Virus record (IMG/VR): IMGVR_UViG_3300042863_002274
Direction: 5' to 3' (one strand)
From: a virus
Length of the DNA stretch: 64,000 nucleotides
Shown here: in pieces, positions 19,367 to 29,997 of the stretch
Position numbering within the stretch: the stretch's first letter is position 1
Layout of the letters: every line of letters starts with the position of its first letter
Notes under the pieces: generated by a model
Told to the model about the DNA's origin: nothing
Databases searched by the model: none
The model's input: only the letters and a program-made list of their open reading frames with translations
Made by a program: the position numbers and the translations under genes

Positions 19367-19783
19367 GATTTGTGCTCCTGTGTTAGGTGGATACAGCAGG
19401 CCCTGTTAGTAGTGGGCTCATTATCGGTAGTAGTTAATTCTACCATCTACACACCCTACCCCCGGAACGCCCCCGACGCAAGCCACCCCGCGGGTAACTC
19501 CATTGAATAGAAAAGTAAGGAACCAACGCGATTTTTTTTCTGAGACCCTCTTTTTGGATAAATTTATCCTAATGCGGTCCAGGACCTCAAAATTTGTGGG
19601 GGTGCCCTATATTTGGGCTGGGGGAAAATCCGTGCGCCCCTTTTCTAGCATCACGGCCTTCCACGTACTAGACGCGGCTTCAGGGGCTCAGGATTGCTTA
19701 CAGGAGGCTTTCAGAGGCCCTGAGCGTTACCTGTAAGGGCAAAGACAAGCAAAAGCACCACAATGCAAAGAACAACAAAGTAG

Positions 19784-19984
19784 TCACTCAAAAAAATAAC
19801 CATCCTTGTAACAAGAATAGTGCCAGTGACGGCCTCTTGTGTCTTTGGACATATGCCTAGAGGGGCCAAAACGACCACAGCCTGTGCACTTTTCCTCGGA
19901 GAAAAACTGCCCCAAAAAGACCGAAAATGCACCCAACCCCAACAAAAAAATAAAAAAAGCAAGAAACAAATCAGATAATTCCAT
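19784..19984 (-). CDS. Small membrane protein with CxxC
   Basis: Hydrophobic N-terminus, CTGC. Confidence 0.5.
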   Translation of the reverse strand: MELSDLFLAFFIFLLGLGAFSVFLGQFFSEEKCTGCGRFGPSRHMSKDTRGRHWHYSCYKDGYFFE

Positions 19985-19989
19985 AATAT

Positions 19990-20256
19990 CTAGCTTTCCT
20001 CAATGCTTTTCAGCACCCGAGCATTCATCTCTTCCCATAAACCCTGGACATGCACATGGGTCAGAGGGGAGACTTCGCTCTTGTGGAAAGGGTCCATTTC
20101 CGTGGCACGAATCTCAGAGGCAATACTTGGCCGGAATTCCCACAAACAGTTAAAATACGTCTGCCCATAACGAATCGTCGAATCCTCCGCAGAAAGCTGC
20201 TTGTGCTCTCGTGCGACAAAAAGAAGGAACTCGTCATAGTTGTAGATGGTGCTCAT
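19990..20256 (-). CDS. Hypothetical phage protein
   Basis: RYGQTYFNCL...DPFH pattern; ORF. Confidence 0.65.
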   Translation of the reverse strand: MSTIYNYDEFLLFVAREHKQLSAEDSTIRYGQTYFNCLWEFRPSIASEIRATEMDPFHKSEVSPLTHVHVQGLWEEMNARVLKSIEES

Positions 20257-20441
20257 GGGACAAGGCTACACAGACAGGCTGCCACACGCAAGCAGATTGG
20301 ATAAATTTAAGTAAAAAAAGATGAAGCATAAATTTTGATTTATAGCTGGCCCCCGGTATTCGGGCCTCGGTCGAAAGCTCGCGGGGCTATACCCCCACCC
20401 CCCCCTTTACTATGTACCACCCCTCGTGTACTGTCCTTCAC

Positions 20442-20675
20442 ATGAACACCATCACCCCATCACTAATAGACCATCTACTCACCTCACACATCACTGACCT
20501 AGCATCAGAGGGGACAGTCACCTACATCAATGCCATAGGTAACATCGTGGAGGTGTGGATGTCAGTAACTACATCAGGTGAGACGCATCGCATCATTAGG
20601 CGTATCCCCTGTACATCACCTCAACAGGCATCTAGTATCGCACGCCTATCTAAGGCTGTATGGTACAAGGCATGA
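20442..20675 (+). CDS. Hypothetical protein (probably leaderless)
   Basis: ATG 7 nt after TACTGT; ATGA overlap with the next ORF. Confidence 0.55.
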   Translation: MNTITPSLIDHLLTSHITDLASEGTVTYINAIGNIVEVWMSVTTSGETHRIIRRIPCTSPQQASSIARLSKAVWYKA

Positions 20676-20845
20676 ACACATACCGAATCACCGTCACAGT
20701 AGGTCAGCGCAGTGACCTTGACATACCATCATCAGTAGATGAGGCACTATCTCTAGTGCGTAACCTTCTCAGTCAAGGAGACATGCTCGAAGTGTTATCA
20801 GTAGAGCCCCAAGACAAACAGACCAAAGAAATCAAGTGGGGATAG
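20672..20845 (+). CDS. Hypothetical protein
   Basis: Translationally coupled ORF. Confidence 0.5.
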   Translation: MNTYRITVTVGQRSDLDIPSSVDEALSLVRNLLSQGDMLEVLSVEPQDKQTKEIKWG

Positions 20846-20881
20846 CTACCCCTCTCGTTAGTGGAGTGATACTCTGCGCAG

Positions 20882-21247
20882 ATGCCCGGCATCTACATAC
20901 CGTCACATAGTGTCCATCAGGCTATTCGTGTGTCACGCATCGTCGATGACTACCTAACAGACGATGAGAACCTCGAACAGATGCTCGTTGCCTCTTTGTT
21001 CATGTCAAAAGTATTTCAGGCATTGCGTGAAGCGAAGGTGAACACGCAGAGTGCCACGGGTAGTGAGGCAAACCTCTACTCCCTCATGGTAGAGGCAGAG
21101 ACAGAGGCAGGTTGCTATCACTCACCTGCCAGTATGGACATGCTCAACAGGTGGCATAGGTACAAGGTCGAGAGAGAACAGACACGACGCAGACGATACT
21201 GCTATGCCATCTTCTACCGAATGACATCAGGCAACATTATTTCTTGA
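20882..21247 (+). CDS. Hypothetical protein
   Basis: ORF, 121 aa. Confidence 0.6.
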   Translation: MPGIYIPSHSVHQAIRVSRIVDDYLTDDENLEQMLVASLFMSKVFQALREAKVNTQSATGSEANLYSLMVEAETEAGCYHSPASMDMLNRWHRYKVEREQTRRRRYCYAIFYRMTSGNIIS

Positions 21248-21320
21248 CCTTCTTGATGATTGCCTAAGAGGCCACGGGTACCCTACGGGAGTCTGTACTC
21301 ATGGTGGTACCATGCTCTAC

Positions 21321-21773
21321 ATGAACCAACCCAACACACCTACCCGATACGCAACCTGCTCAGCATGTGCTCAACAGGTCATCTGTACTCAACAAGACAG
21401 TTATCCCGATGATGGTTGGGTCTTACCCTTCGACACCTTTGGTTACTATGGTGGCTTTTGTGACAACCTCGATGTGCTCTCAGGCAGAGTTCGTTCTCGT
21501 GAATGGATTATGTGTCATGACTGCGTTGCCAAGTTTCTCACCACGTTCCCTTTGCTCGCTCAGACAGTTGGTCAGAACTGTCATCCGAACAGTGACGTCA
21601 TCCCTTGCTGTACGCACGCTTGGCAGAGCACTGAACTCTTTGGACAGAACGTTCATGGCGTTCACTCTCGTACAGCATGGCCTGATGGAGCGTGGCACGA
21701 TGACCCTCCACACAACCCCTATGATAGGGCTTCGATAATCATCGAAGAACCAAAGGAAGAAGAACAGTCATGA
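21321..21773 (+). CDS. Cys-rich hypothetical protein, leaderless behind an AGTCTGTAC...TGGTACCAT promoter
   Basis: CSAC, CHDC; promoter at 21290-21313. Confidence 0.7.
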   Translation: MNQPNTPTRYATCSACAQQVICTQQDSYPDDGWVLPFDTFGYYGGFCDNLDVLSGRVRSREWIMCHDCVAKFLTTFPLLAQTVGQNCHPNSDVIPCCTHAWQSTELFGQNVHGVHSRTAWPDGAWHDDPPHNPYDRASIIIEEPKEEEQS

Positions 21774-22030
21774 CACTCAATCTCGATAGAACAGTAGCCG
21801 ACTGGCTTGTATGTGGATGCGGTAACGAACCGGACATTGATGGTTTCTACGCATGTCTGCCATCAGGAGAGATGGTAGAACCCGTTGCTAACGGTTCTTG
21901 GGATGGTCATTCATACCTCTGCTATCGCTGTGGTTGCATCTACGACATCGCGACACTTGACCAAACCGGAGAAGCCACTACCGAAGTAATGCGTGCCAAC
22001 TACTTACGTGGCGATACTGACACAGAGTAG
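21770..22030 (+). CDS. Zn-finger-like hypothetical protein
   Basis: CGCG...CYRCG; the stop TAG is part of an AGAGTAGATAA motif. Confidence 0.7.
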   Translation: MTLNLDRTVADWLVCGCGNEPDIDGFYACLPSGEMVEPVANGSWDGHSYLCYRCGCIYDIATLDQTGEATTEVMRANYLRGDTDTE

Positions 22031-22161
22031 ATAACCGTCACAAACCCGGGGCTCTCACCACCATCACTGCTCTCAATGTGGGGGAGTAAGAGATAATCCT
22101 TGATAGTTTGTCCTGTGAGTGGTACAGTTCGTAAGTCACCACCAACCGAAAGGGAATCACC

Positions 22162-22485
22162 ATGACAAGCATCATCAACCACCTAGACCGAGTAGAAGCA
22201 CAGGCAACCAACTGGCTTACAGAAAATTATCCGACACTGATTTACAAACTTCTTGCAGGAACGCCATGGGTGTTCACCGCGCTTGGTCTGTATCTCGCAT
22301 CGCTCTCACATCGGAGCCATACCGCCTACGACCTTTTCGCTGGTTTGTTCTTGACCGTCACGGGTACTGTGACGGGAACATTGCTTAGTGTTTGGGCATA
22401 CGGAGAAATCAAAGGCATGCGCCACAATGCACGACGGACGCACCCTTCGTATCCATACAGTGCGCGTAACTCACAGAGCAAGTAA
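22162..22485 (+). CDS. Two-TM membrane protein
   Basis: gaaaggga RBS; hydrophobic segments. Confidence 0.7.
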   Translation: MTSIINHLDRVEAQATNWLTENYPTLIYKLLAGTPWVFTALGLYLASLSHRSHTAYDLFAGLFLTVTGTVTGTLLSVWAYGEIKGMRHNARRTHPSYPYSARNSQSK

Positions 22486-22505
22486 ACAAATTCGGTACAC
22501 GACGT

Positions 22506-22561
22506 AAGCGTCGTGTCGGCACTTACCTATGAGAGTAGATAAGTATCGGCACGGCGCTTTT
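22506..22561. terminator. Long imperfect hairpin between convergent genes, containing a GAGAGTAGATAA copy
   Basis: aagcgtcgtgtcggcacttaccta / tagataagtatcggcacggcgctt, then T-tract. Confidence 0.65.
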
Positions 22562-22567
22562 GCGTTC

Positions 22568-23770
22568 CTATCGGTCTACCTTGATAATGCGTGGGCGCTC
22601 TGTTACTTCGTCTGTGATGTTTCCACCGCGACGATGAGCCTGTATCCATTTTGCACGATGGGTCTTGCGTGATGGGTACCACTGATTACGCCAGTGACCA
22701 CGGACTAAATGAGCAAGCGTTATCTTTGCTCCCGTTCCATCTGTCTCGTCATACAGAGCGCGACGCAATGAAAGTGTGGTGACACTTTTTGCATCACCCT
22801 TACGACCACCACGCGTAGCGCGTCTCCCGAAAGCACGGGGTAGCGCGGTTGTTTCCACATCAACATATTCATCCATCAAGCGAAACAGAGCAACAAGAAA
22901 ACGACGCACCTCTCTGCTTCGTTCCCATGACGATTCGTTCAATTCGTTCTCTGAAAAGTTATCTACTCCACTTGCTTTGCGTTCTATTTCCATTCCATCT
23001 TCACCATAGAAAAACGCGTACATGTCCATTAGTCGTAACGGAGCAATGTGTAGTTGTGGAACTTCTACCGTTAGTCCATTGACAGTAGTTGATACGAGAG
23101 TTCCAAAAACACGAACCTGAATAGCGTTGTCTTTTTCTGAGTTCTTAGAAACATTTTTAGCGAAATCATATTCATTACTGTCCTTGCCGAACCGTCTCTC
23201 TATTTCTAAAAGTGCTTCGGGTGTTACGGCGTCCACGTCAGCCCACGCAAACGCTTGCACTTCCCAATTCTCTGTGCCTAAATAATTGCCGTCTTCATTG
23301 GGTTCATTATCGTTGCGTGTTCCGCTTATTATTGCGCCGTACTTTTTCGCAAGCGCAAATACTTCATCAAAATCTTCAACTTTTATGAGTGACTGTACGG
23401 TTTTGTGCAGTGGGGTTTCCATCACAATAAATCCACACGGGGTAAAAATGTCGGTCTCAAATAAAACTTCATCAGGCATTGTTGCTTCTGCTGTCTTGAC
23501 CAACTCACGCAGGTCATCAGTAAGAAACACGGTGTCACCGAGCGCGATGATTGTGTCGTCTAGTGCGCGATGTACCTCATGATGGACTGCGCCTCTTTCT
23601 GCTTCCCTCTTCAATGTTTCACGGGTCACAATAGATGTATCGCTATCTGCCCACATGGCGCGAAAGTATCCGAGGTGCAAGAGCCTGTCCATCGTTGGGT
23701 GGCTCTCTCGGTATTGCAGATAATCGGTATGCAGGCTATGGGCTAGTGATGCTGTAGGTACTTGTCTCAT
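22568..23770 (-). CDS. Conserved phage hypothetical protein
   Basis: C-terminal HLVRGHWRNQWYPS...WIQAHRRG motif; leaderless start after TTGCAA-17-TACATT. Confidence 0.8.
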   Translation of the reverse strand: MRQVPTASLAHSLHTDYLQYRESHPTMDRLLHLGYFRAMWADSDTSIVTRETLKREAERGAVHHEVHRALDDTIIALGDTVFLTDDLRELVKTAEATMPDEVLFETDIFTPCGFIVMETPLHKTVQSLIKVEDFDEVFALAKKYGAIISGTRNDNEPNEDGNYLGTENWEVQAFAWADVDAVTPEALLEIERRFGKDSNEYDFAKNVSKNSEKDNAIQVRVFGTLVSTTVNGLTVEVPQLHIAPLRLMDMYAFFYGEDGMEIERKASGVDNFSENELNESSWERSREVRRFLVALFRLMDEYVDVETTALPRAFGRRATRGGRKGDAKSVTTLSLRRALYDETDGTGAKITLAHLVRGHWRNQWYPSRKTHRAKWIQAHRRGGNITDEVTERPRIIKVDR

Positions 23771-23776
23771 GCACAC

Positions 23777-23947
23777 AATGTACCATCGCTGGTTCAGACT
23801 TGCAAAAGTTATCTACTCTGTGTACGCGCGTCAAATAATTCCGATTTATCTCTCATCATCCCCATCATGTTCCTGACGTCAGCAGGTTTGAGTGATAGCC
23901 CCGGCTTTTGTCGACTAACGCCCTTGCTTCGCTGCGGTTGTTCTCGC
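23777..23947 (-). promoter_or_regulatory. Regulatory module: type-B box, CGGGGCT, GAGAGATAA, AGTAGATAA, promoter
   Basis: On the - strand TTGCAA(23805-23800)-17 bp-TACATT(23782-23777). Confidence 0.75.
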
Positions 23948-23954
23948 CCTGACG

Positions 23955-24000
23955 GACGGCACTCGGGGTCGGGGGGTGGACTCCGAGTGCCGTCTTTTTT
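23955..24000. terminator. Intrinsic terminator hairpin
   Basis: gacggcactcggggtc...gactccgagtgccgtc followed by TTTTTT. Confidence 0.7.
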
Positions 24001-24009
24001 GGGGTGGGG

Positions 24010-24408
24010 TCAGTAGGTGAACTCCCCGTCCCATCCATGCATGAACTGCGCCACGGCGTCTGAGTCAAGCGTGCAGTCTTGGTCTAGGAACGCTACCCAG
24101 TCCTCACGGGTTGCTTCCGTCCATTCCTCAGGGACGAGAGCCATGACCATGTTCACTGCGATGTGCATCAGGGCGAAGGTCGTCTCTCGTGAGATGACGC
24201 TCGTCCATTCGTTCTCCTCGTCGGATTCCCATGGGAAGCCACAGCCACCCTCGGTTGCGTCCTTGTAGTCCTGTGCGTCCCATGTGTCACGGGCTTGGTC
24301 TTGCATCGCCTGACGGCTTGCGCTTACATCGGACGCCATCAGGCGCTCCATGTGTAGGTGTGCGTTGATGCTCTCGGAAACTAGCAGAAGTGCTTGCTCT
24401 AGGTTCAT
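24010..24408 (-). CDS. Hypothetical acidic protein
   Basis: GAAAGGGG RBS and module promoter at 24438-24480. Confidence 0.75.
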   Translation of the reverse strand: MNLEQALLLVSESINAHLHMERLMASDVSASRQAMQDQARDTWDAQDYKDATEGGCGFPWESDEENEWTSVISRETTFALMHIAVNMVMALVPEEWTEATREDWVAFLDQDCTLDSDAVAQFMHGWDGEFTY

Positions 24409-24639
24409 TGGGTTCCCCTTTCAGTTGGAATACCCAAATCGTACCAGCAGGGGTACAGACTTGCGAAAAGTTATCTACTCTGTTAGTGCGCCACTTCGCT
24501 CAAACCAGCGAGTTATCTCTCACACCCCCGTGTGTGCGTGCGCTCCCCAAAAGGGGAGAGCCCCGATAATAACTGTTGCACTAGAAGTGGGCATCTTTCA
24601 GATAGATTTATCTATAAGAAAACAGAGACGGAGACGGCT

Positions 24640-25668
24640 ATGGCTCATCAGATAGAAATCAACAAAGACGGTACAGCACGCATGGCGTATGCGGACCGAC
24701 AGATTCCATGGCACAAGCTTGGGCAGCCCATGAGAGGGCTACAAACGGCAGAAGCAATGCTTGCTGCAGCACAGGCAGATTTCGACGTAGTAACCACACG
24801 GGTAGCCGTATGTGACGACGACGGGGAGCCAATTCGTCAACCGGACGGAACCACAATTCTTGTACCAGACAGCAGAGCAACAGTACGGGTGAACACAGAC
24901 GGGTCGTTTAACGGCCTAGCAACAGTGGGTACTCGCTATGTGGTGCAGCAGAATCGGGAATGTCTCAATTACGCCCTCGACATAGTTGGTGCTTCGGATG
25001 GGGATGCAGTTGTTGATACATGCGGAGTCCTGAGAGACGGATGTGAATTCTTTGCATCTATTGACATGGGTGCGCTAATAATCGACCCAGCAGGAATCAA
25101 TGACTCGATTGAACGTTATCTACTCGTACACAACGGGCATGACGGCAAAACAGCGATTACCTTTGCGAACACGAGTATTCGTGCCGTATGTAAAAACACA
25201 GTGATTGCCGGTGTTTCGTCAGCGAAGCGAGTCTTTACTGCGCGTCACACACGCAATGCAGATAGAGCAATGGAGCAAGCGAACGAAGTTCTCAATATCT
25301 CAACCGAATGGGCTCGCGAGTTCACGCTTACAGCAGAAAAGTTGCTGTCAATAAATGTTCCTGCTTCTTCTCAAATACTTGACAAGACACTGAACCAAGT
25401 ATTCCCGATAAGCAAAGACGCAACAGCACGTCAAGAAACAAACCACAAAGAAGTAACATCATTGGTACGCGCAATTTACGCAAACGACAACAACGCAAAG
25501 AACTACGGGTACAACGGCTGGTCTCTCGTCAACGCAATCGGTGAGTATCTCGACCACTATCGCGAAGCAACACCTACCGAGCGAGCACTCGCTTCTATGA
25601 GTAACAACTCGTGGGTGACACGAGCAAAAGTAAAGGCTCAGGATTATCTATTGTCAGGGGTATCCTAA
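24640..25668 (+). CDS. DUF932 (TIGR03299-like) phage/plasmid protein
   Basis: MAH...PWHKLG...VGTRYVVQQNRE...YLLVHNGHDG...IRAVCKNT...RHT. Confidence 0.85.
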   Translation: MAHQIEINKDGTARMAYADRQIPWHKLGQPMRGLQTAEAMLAAAQADFDVVTTRVAVCDDDGEPIRQPDGTTILVPDSRATVRVNTDGSFNGLATVGTRYVVQQNRECLNYALDIVGASDGDAVVDTCGVLRDGCEFFASIDMGALIIDPAGINDSIERYLLVHNGHDGKTAITFANTSIRAVCKNTVIAGVSSAKRVFTARHTRNADRAMEQANEVLNISTEWAREFTLTAEKLLSINVPASSQILDKTLNQVFPISKDATARQETNHKEVTSLVRAIYANDNNAKNYGYNGWSLVNAIGEYLDHYREATPTERALASMSNNSWVTRAKVKAQDYLLSGVS

Positions 25669-25712
25669 TCTCGGCTGTATCATTTAGATAGAGAAAGCCG
25701 AAGGGAACAATC

Positions 25713-26159
25713 GTGAATGAAAATGACGATAACGATGAAGTCTTTGACTTTGATGACGAAGAAGGCCCATCGAGTGCAGAACTTGCCGTATGGCTCTCTG
25801 AGTTCATGTCTCAATCACAGAAAGCTCAGCGCTTGTACCGTAGCCATTACTGCAACATTGTTGTAAACCGCCTCTGGGAAGAGTTTGGTGCAGAAGGAAT
25901 GTGCGAACTCATGATGTCGATAGATAAAAAAGCCGGATGGATTTCTGACATTTTAATCGAGGACACAGAGCTTCATGATGCGTTGTTCAATGCATACGGA
26001 GTGTTCGATGACGATGCAATCATCAAGGCGCGCATGAGTAGCGGGCTTACTGAGATGAATAGAAAGATTTGGCGCTTACGCCGCAAGTACGCAAAGCTTA
26101 TTGCGCAAGAAATCATTGCCGGTGTCGATTCTTCCGAATCCCGAACAGCAGAAGATTAA
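25713..26159 (+). CDS. Hypothetical protein
   Basis: ORF with aaggga RBS, GTG start. Confidence 0.7.
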   Translation: MNENDDNDEVFDFDDEEGPSSAELAVWLSEFMSQSQKAQRLYRSHYCNIVVNRLWEEFGAEGMCELMMSIDKKAGWISDILIEDTELHDALFNAYGVFDDDAIIKARMSSGLTEMNRKIWRLRRKYAKLIAQEIIAGVDSSESRTAED

Positions 26160-28072
26160 GAAAGCTTATCTAGCAAGCTAAGAATCATCTGAGTAGAAAA
26201 ATCAGAGTTATCTACTTCCCCACCGTCAACGGCAGCATTGACCACTGAACGTTTCTTTTGGATAATCTCGTAAATGTCTTCGTCTATGGTTCCAGCAGCG
26301 AGCATGTATGTTGCCGTTACGCTGCCTTTCTGTCCAATTCTGTGCAATCTACTGTAAGTCTGGTCCACGTCAGCGGGTGTCCACGGGAGTTCCACGAATA
26401 AACACTCCTCTGCTGCTGTGAGTGTGTGTCCCGTCTTTGCGGCCTGAATTGATAAAACGATTACGGGTGCGCTTTCGACATCTTCTGTCTGAAATCTGCG
26501 CTTACTCTCTTCGACTTCCTCAACAGACATTCCGCCTTGTATGCGAAGGTTGCCATACTTGCGAGCAAGCTCATCGACAATATCTCGATGGTGAGCAGCA
26601 ACAACAACCTTCTTGCCGTTATCTATGCGGGCGTTTATCCACTCTTCTACGACTTCCATTTTTGCTTTAGCAGCGAGCTTGCGGAGTACAGACAGTCGAA
26701 CCAGGTGTTCGTTCGCCTCTGCTTTAATCATTGCGTGTATGGCAGCGCCGTACGATGGCTTTCCTTGTTCGAGAGCGAGTTGACGTGCTCGTTCTGCGAT
26801 GTACAACAAGATGTCTGTTTCGGCTTTTTTGTATTCTTTCATTGCAGCAGAGCTTCCCTCTACCAGCAGTTTGCTGTGCATTACGGGAGGGAGCTCTGAC
26901 AGCACCTGGTCTTTCGTCCTTCTTATGTAGCACGTTCCTCGGAGGCGTTCGTTCAGTTCGTCGAGATGCGAGTGACCGGTGATGTTCCATTGCCCGAAGT
27001 TGTCCTGATAGGCAGCACAGTAGCGGCGATAAAAACCCCATAGGCCGCCAAAGTCTTTAAGTCTTCCCAGTATTTCCAATTGAGAAGCGTATTCGTTTGG
27101 ACGATTGGTTACCGGCGTGCCAGTGAGACACAATACGAGACCCTCTTTGTGAGCAGACTTGGCCATCTTTACTGCTGCCTTCGTTCTCTGTGCTGTTGGC
27201 GTCTTTGCGTAGTGACTTTCGTCGAAGATGTAAGAACGATGCCCAGTTAGGCGCTTTTCCCAGTGAGCAATATTGCTGTAACCAACAACAACTACGTCAT
27301 ACGAGCCGCGTTCGGGGAAGTCCTTGCGATTAGTTACTGGCACAACCTTTCGATTAGGCAGCCACCGGTTCCATTCTGTTACCCAGTTGAGGACCAAGCT
27401 TGGTGGACAAACAACTACGGCCGGATACGAGTCCGTAACATATTCGAGGGTCGCTATCGACTGGAGAGTCTTACCCAACCCCATGTCGTCTGCGATAAAC
27501 GTACGTCGAGCGCGTGCTGCATACACAACTCCGGCACGCTGATAGGGAAGAAGCTCTCCCTGTAGGCCTACGATGTCAACTTCTGCTTCGGTTGCCCGTG
27601 AGGCCTCAACGAACTCGTTCATTCGCGCCGTTACCTGGTCTGACAGTGCTGCCACAGCAGGGTCTACTACTACATCAAACTTTTCTGCCCACTCAATCGT
27701 GTTAAGAACGGATGATACGGGTGCCTGCCAACAATGTTTATCTGCATTCCACGAAACTGCGGGTATCTGCTTTACAGCTTTGACAACAACGCGCTCATAC
27801 GGAACACGGATAGAAATCATTTCGTCTTCGAGCGAGACTTTTGCTGCTCCTGTTTTGATTTTAGGGGCGTTAAACGTGAGGACGTCGATAGTTACATTGA
27901 AGTCATGCTTTATGGCGAAATCTCGAGCCGCCTCCAGGGACGTAACAGGAACCTTCCAGAGCTTTGTCTGTTTATCCCAACGCGAGCCTTTTATTAGCTT
28001 TAATTCCGACACCTGTTGTGCGTCATATGGAAAATCCAGCACAATCTCGCTTTTATCTAAGTACAACCTCAT
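26156..28072 (-). CDS. SNF2-family (SMARCAL1/HARP-like) helicase
   Basis: LPYQ, ADDMGLGKT, DESH, LTGTPVTNRP, RRTK, ELPWTP...Q...RLHRIGQ; two HARP-like N-terminal repeats. Confidence 0.92.
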   Translation of the reverse strand: MRLYLDKSEIVLDFPYDAQQVSELKLIKGSRWDKQTKLWKVPVTSLEAARDFAIKHDFNVTIDVLTFNAPKIKTGAAKVSLEDEMISIRVPYERVVVKAVKQIPAVSWNADKHCWQAPVSSVLNTIEWAEKFDVVVDPAVAALSDQVTARMNEFVEASRATEAEVDIVGLQGELLPYQRAGVVYAARARRTFIADDMGLGKTLQSIATLEYVTDSYPAVVVCPPSLVLNWVTEWNRWLPNRKVVPVTNRKDFPERGSYDVVVVGYSNIAHWEKRLTGHRSYIFDESHYAKTPTAQRTKAAVKMAKSAHKEGLVLCLTGTPVTNRPNEYASQLEILGRLKDFGGLWGFYRRYCAAYQDNFGQWNITGHSHLDELNERLRGTCYIRRTKDQVLSELPPVMHSKLLVEGSSAAMKEYKKAETDILLYIAERARQLALEQGKPSYGAAIHAMIKAEANEHLVRLSVLRKLAAKAKMEVVEEWINARIDNGKKVVVAAHHRDIVDELARKYGNLRIQGGMSVEEVEESKRRFQTEDVESAPVIVLSIQAAKTGHTLTAAEECLFVELPWTPADVDQTYSRLHRIGQKGSVTATYMLAAGTIDEDIYEIIQKKRSVVNAAVDGGEVDNSDFSTQMILSLLDKLS

Positions 28073-28260
28073 GGGTTCATCATAGTAGAAACCAACAGGG
28101 CTCACGCTGGGGATGTACCGAAAGGAGAGAGGTTGCGAGAGCCCTGTTAATTCCTATGCCGACATCTTAGTCAGCTTTCTACGTGAATGGCAAAACTATT
28201 GAGATTTTAGTTAGGCCTCGCGCTAGGATGCCTTATCTACTCTACGAAAGGTCCATCAAC

Positions 28261-28461
28261 ATGACCGGCTTACCTCCTCTTTTTGTCTGCTACGTCTGCG
28301 GCCTATCGCTGCGTCCTGGGGACAACACCGTCGAGCGCAAGGCTATTGTTTGGCTCAAATCGGGCGGCAAGGCCATCAATCGGGTAGTCGAAGAGCTCCA
28401 CGAGTACAAACACATACATTGCAACGACCGGCCGCACGCCCTGGATGTTCCTCTTTTTTAA
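28261..28461 (+). CDS. Small Zn-binding hypothetical protein
   Basis: CYVC...HIHC; gaaagg RBS. Confidence 0.55.
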   Translation: MTGLPPLFVCYVCGLSLRPGDNTVERKAIVWLKSGGKAINRVVEELHEYKHIHCNDRPHALDVPLF

Positions 28462-28774
28462 AACTCTGACTTATCTCTCGCTACCCCATCTAATTTAGAA
28501 ATTGTGAGAAAATAGAGCATGACAGAAAACAACGAAGAACCAGAAGCTCAACTTCCAGCAGAAGCTCAAAAACCAGAACCTCAAGCTATTCCAATCGCTG
28601 ACGTTCCAAAATTCAGCCGCTTGCATCGCAAACCACCAAGAGCATGCTGCCCCTAAGCGGGGCTTTCCCCTTCGGGGAAAGTTGAGGCTGGGGGAGTGAG
28701 AGATAACTCGGATTGCAGCGCTTTTGCAATGTTGGTGGCCAAACTATTGAGAGTAGATAACTCATTAATCAAAA

Positions 28775-28821
28775 AGAACGCCCCACAAGAGAGTAGATAA
28801 CTCTTGTGGGGCGTTTCTCTT
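28775..28821. terminator. Bidirectional terminator hairpin with GAGAGTAGATAAC spanning its loop
   Basis: aacgccccacaagag...ctcttgtggggcgtt. Confidence 0.75.
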
Positions 28822-28863
28822 GGGGGGTTCTCTCGGCAGGAAGGAAACCGAGAGAATCAGGAT

Positions 28864-29091
28864 TTACAGTAACTCAAACTGTGAAATGTCGCGTACTTCG
28901 TAAGTACCCTCATCAAGTTGCTGGCCGTTACGACGGAAGAAGAATACTCCGCGGACCGCATCGTACCCAGTGCACTCTCCGTCACAGTACCCCTGTGTCC
29001 AGCGTATTGAGTACAAACGTACCTTCTTGCCGATAATGTTTTTGGCCGTGATTTTGACCTTCATCGATATCCCCTTTCCTTGAGATGTCAA
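28864..29091 (-). CDS. Hypothetical protein
   Basis: Module promoter at 29093-29135; start may be the internal ATG after GAAAGGGG. Confidence 0.6.
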   Translation of the reverse strand: MTSQGKGISMKVKITAKNIIGKKVRLYSIRWTQGYCDGECTGYDAVRGVFFFRRNGQQLDEGTYEVRDISQFELL

Positions 29092-29253
29092 TAATGTACC
29101 ACGCGAAGTACAGACTTACCAAACTTATCTACTCTTCCCACCACCCCCATCTTCTGTGCGAGAACAACCGATGCGGAGCGAGGGCGTTAGTCGGCGTAGC
29201 CGGGGCTCTTTGTGGAGTTATCTACTCTCTCTAATAAAAGATTTATGAGCGTC

Positions 29254-29472
29254 TTACTCCTGTGGCTTGCGCCAGTCAGTGAGTTCGCCTTGGAAGTCAA
29301 GAATCGCTTCCATCGTTCCGCACTCTGAACAGATTTCGGTCTTGTTGTCAAGACGCGAGATAGCACCTGGGTATGCGCCTGGTGTGTCGTTGTTGGGAAT
29401 GAATCCTTCACAGCGCGGGCACAGTACGAACTTGCTGTGCGTCTGTGTGTATGTGTTGTTCTGTATGTTCAT
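29254..29472 (-). CDS. Zn-ribbon hypothetical protein
   Basis: CPRC...ISRLDNKTEICSECG. Confidence 0.7.
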   Translation of the reverse strand: MNIQNNTYTQTHSKFVLCPRCEGFIPNNDTPGAYPGAISRLDNKTEICSECGTMEAILDFQGELTDWRKPQE

Positions 29473-29487
29473 GGGTTATCTACTCTC

Positions 29488-29814
29488 TTAGTCCCAGGAG
29501 ATGAAAGCGTTGCTGTCAGGGTGTGTGTAAAAATGTTCGCGGCTTTCTGTTTCCAGTTTCGCTAGCGCAATGTCGTGTGGAGCAGAACGGAACGCCCAGT
29601 AGCAAGCGTTCGCTTTCATCGCGATGTCCTGGCACTTGTTGGAAATGTCGCGAACTGCGTTCTCGAAGTCGAGATAATTGTCAGCGTTTTCCTCAAGAGT
29701 GAAGCAGCAATCGCATGGCGTTGGCGTACTGAGAGCCGCTGCCATTTTCTTCACCTGGTCTGTCATTGCTTCTAGTTGCTCTTTGAGCATCTCTAGTTTG
29801 TCGGTCGTTTCCAT
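29488..29814 (-). CDS. Hypothetical protein
   Basis: GAAAGGGG RBS, module promoter at 29844-29872. Confidence 0.75.
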   Translation of the reverse strand: METTDKLEMLKEQLEAMTDQVKKMAAALSTPTPCDCCFTLEENADNYLDFENAVRDISNKCQDIAMKANACYWAFRSAPHDIALAKLETESREHFYTHPDSNAFISWD

Positions 29815-29997
29815 TACGAACCCCTTTCAGTTGGTCTGCCTTCATCGTACCATCCAGGGGACAGACTTTCCAACTTATCTCTCATCATCCCCGCGCGTAG
29901 TTGCTGGTTTAAGTGATAGCCCCGGCTTCGCTGACTAACGCCCTCACTGCGTGAGGTTGTTCACGCAATGAGGGTGAGAGTCGGGGGTGAAAGTTAT

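Noticed and set aside
19367-19500. c-di-AMP riboswitch upstream of the Rpf-like gene
   Set aside because: No recognisable ydaO-type conserved segments
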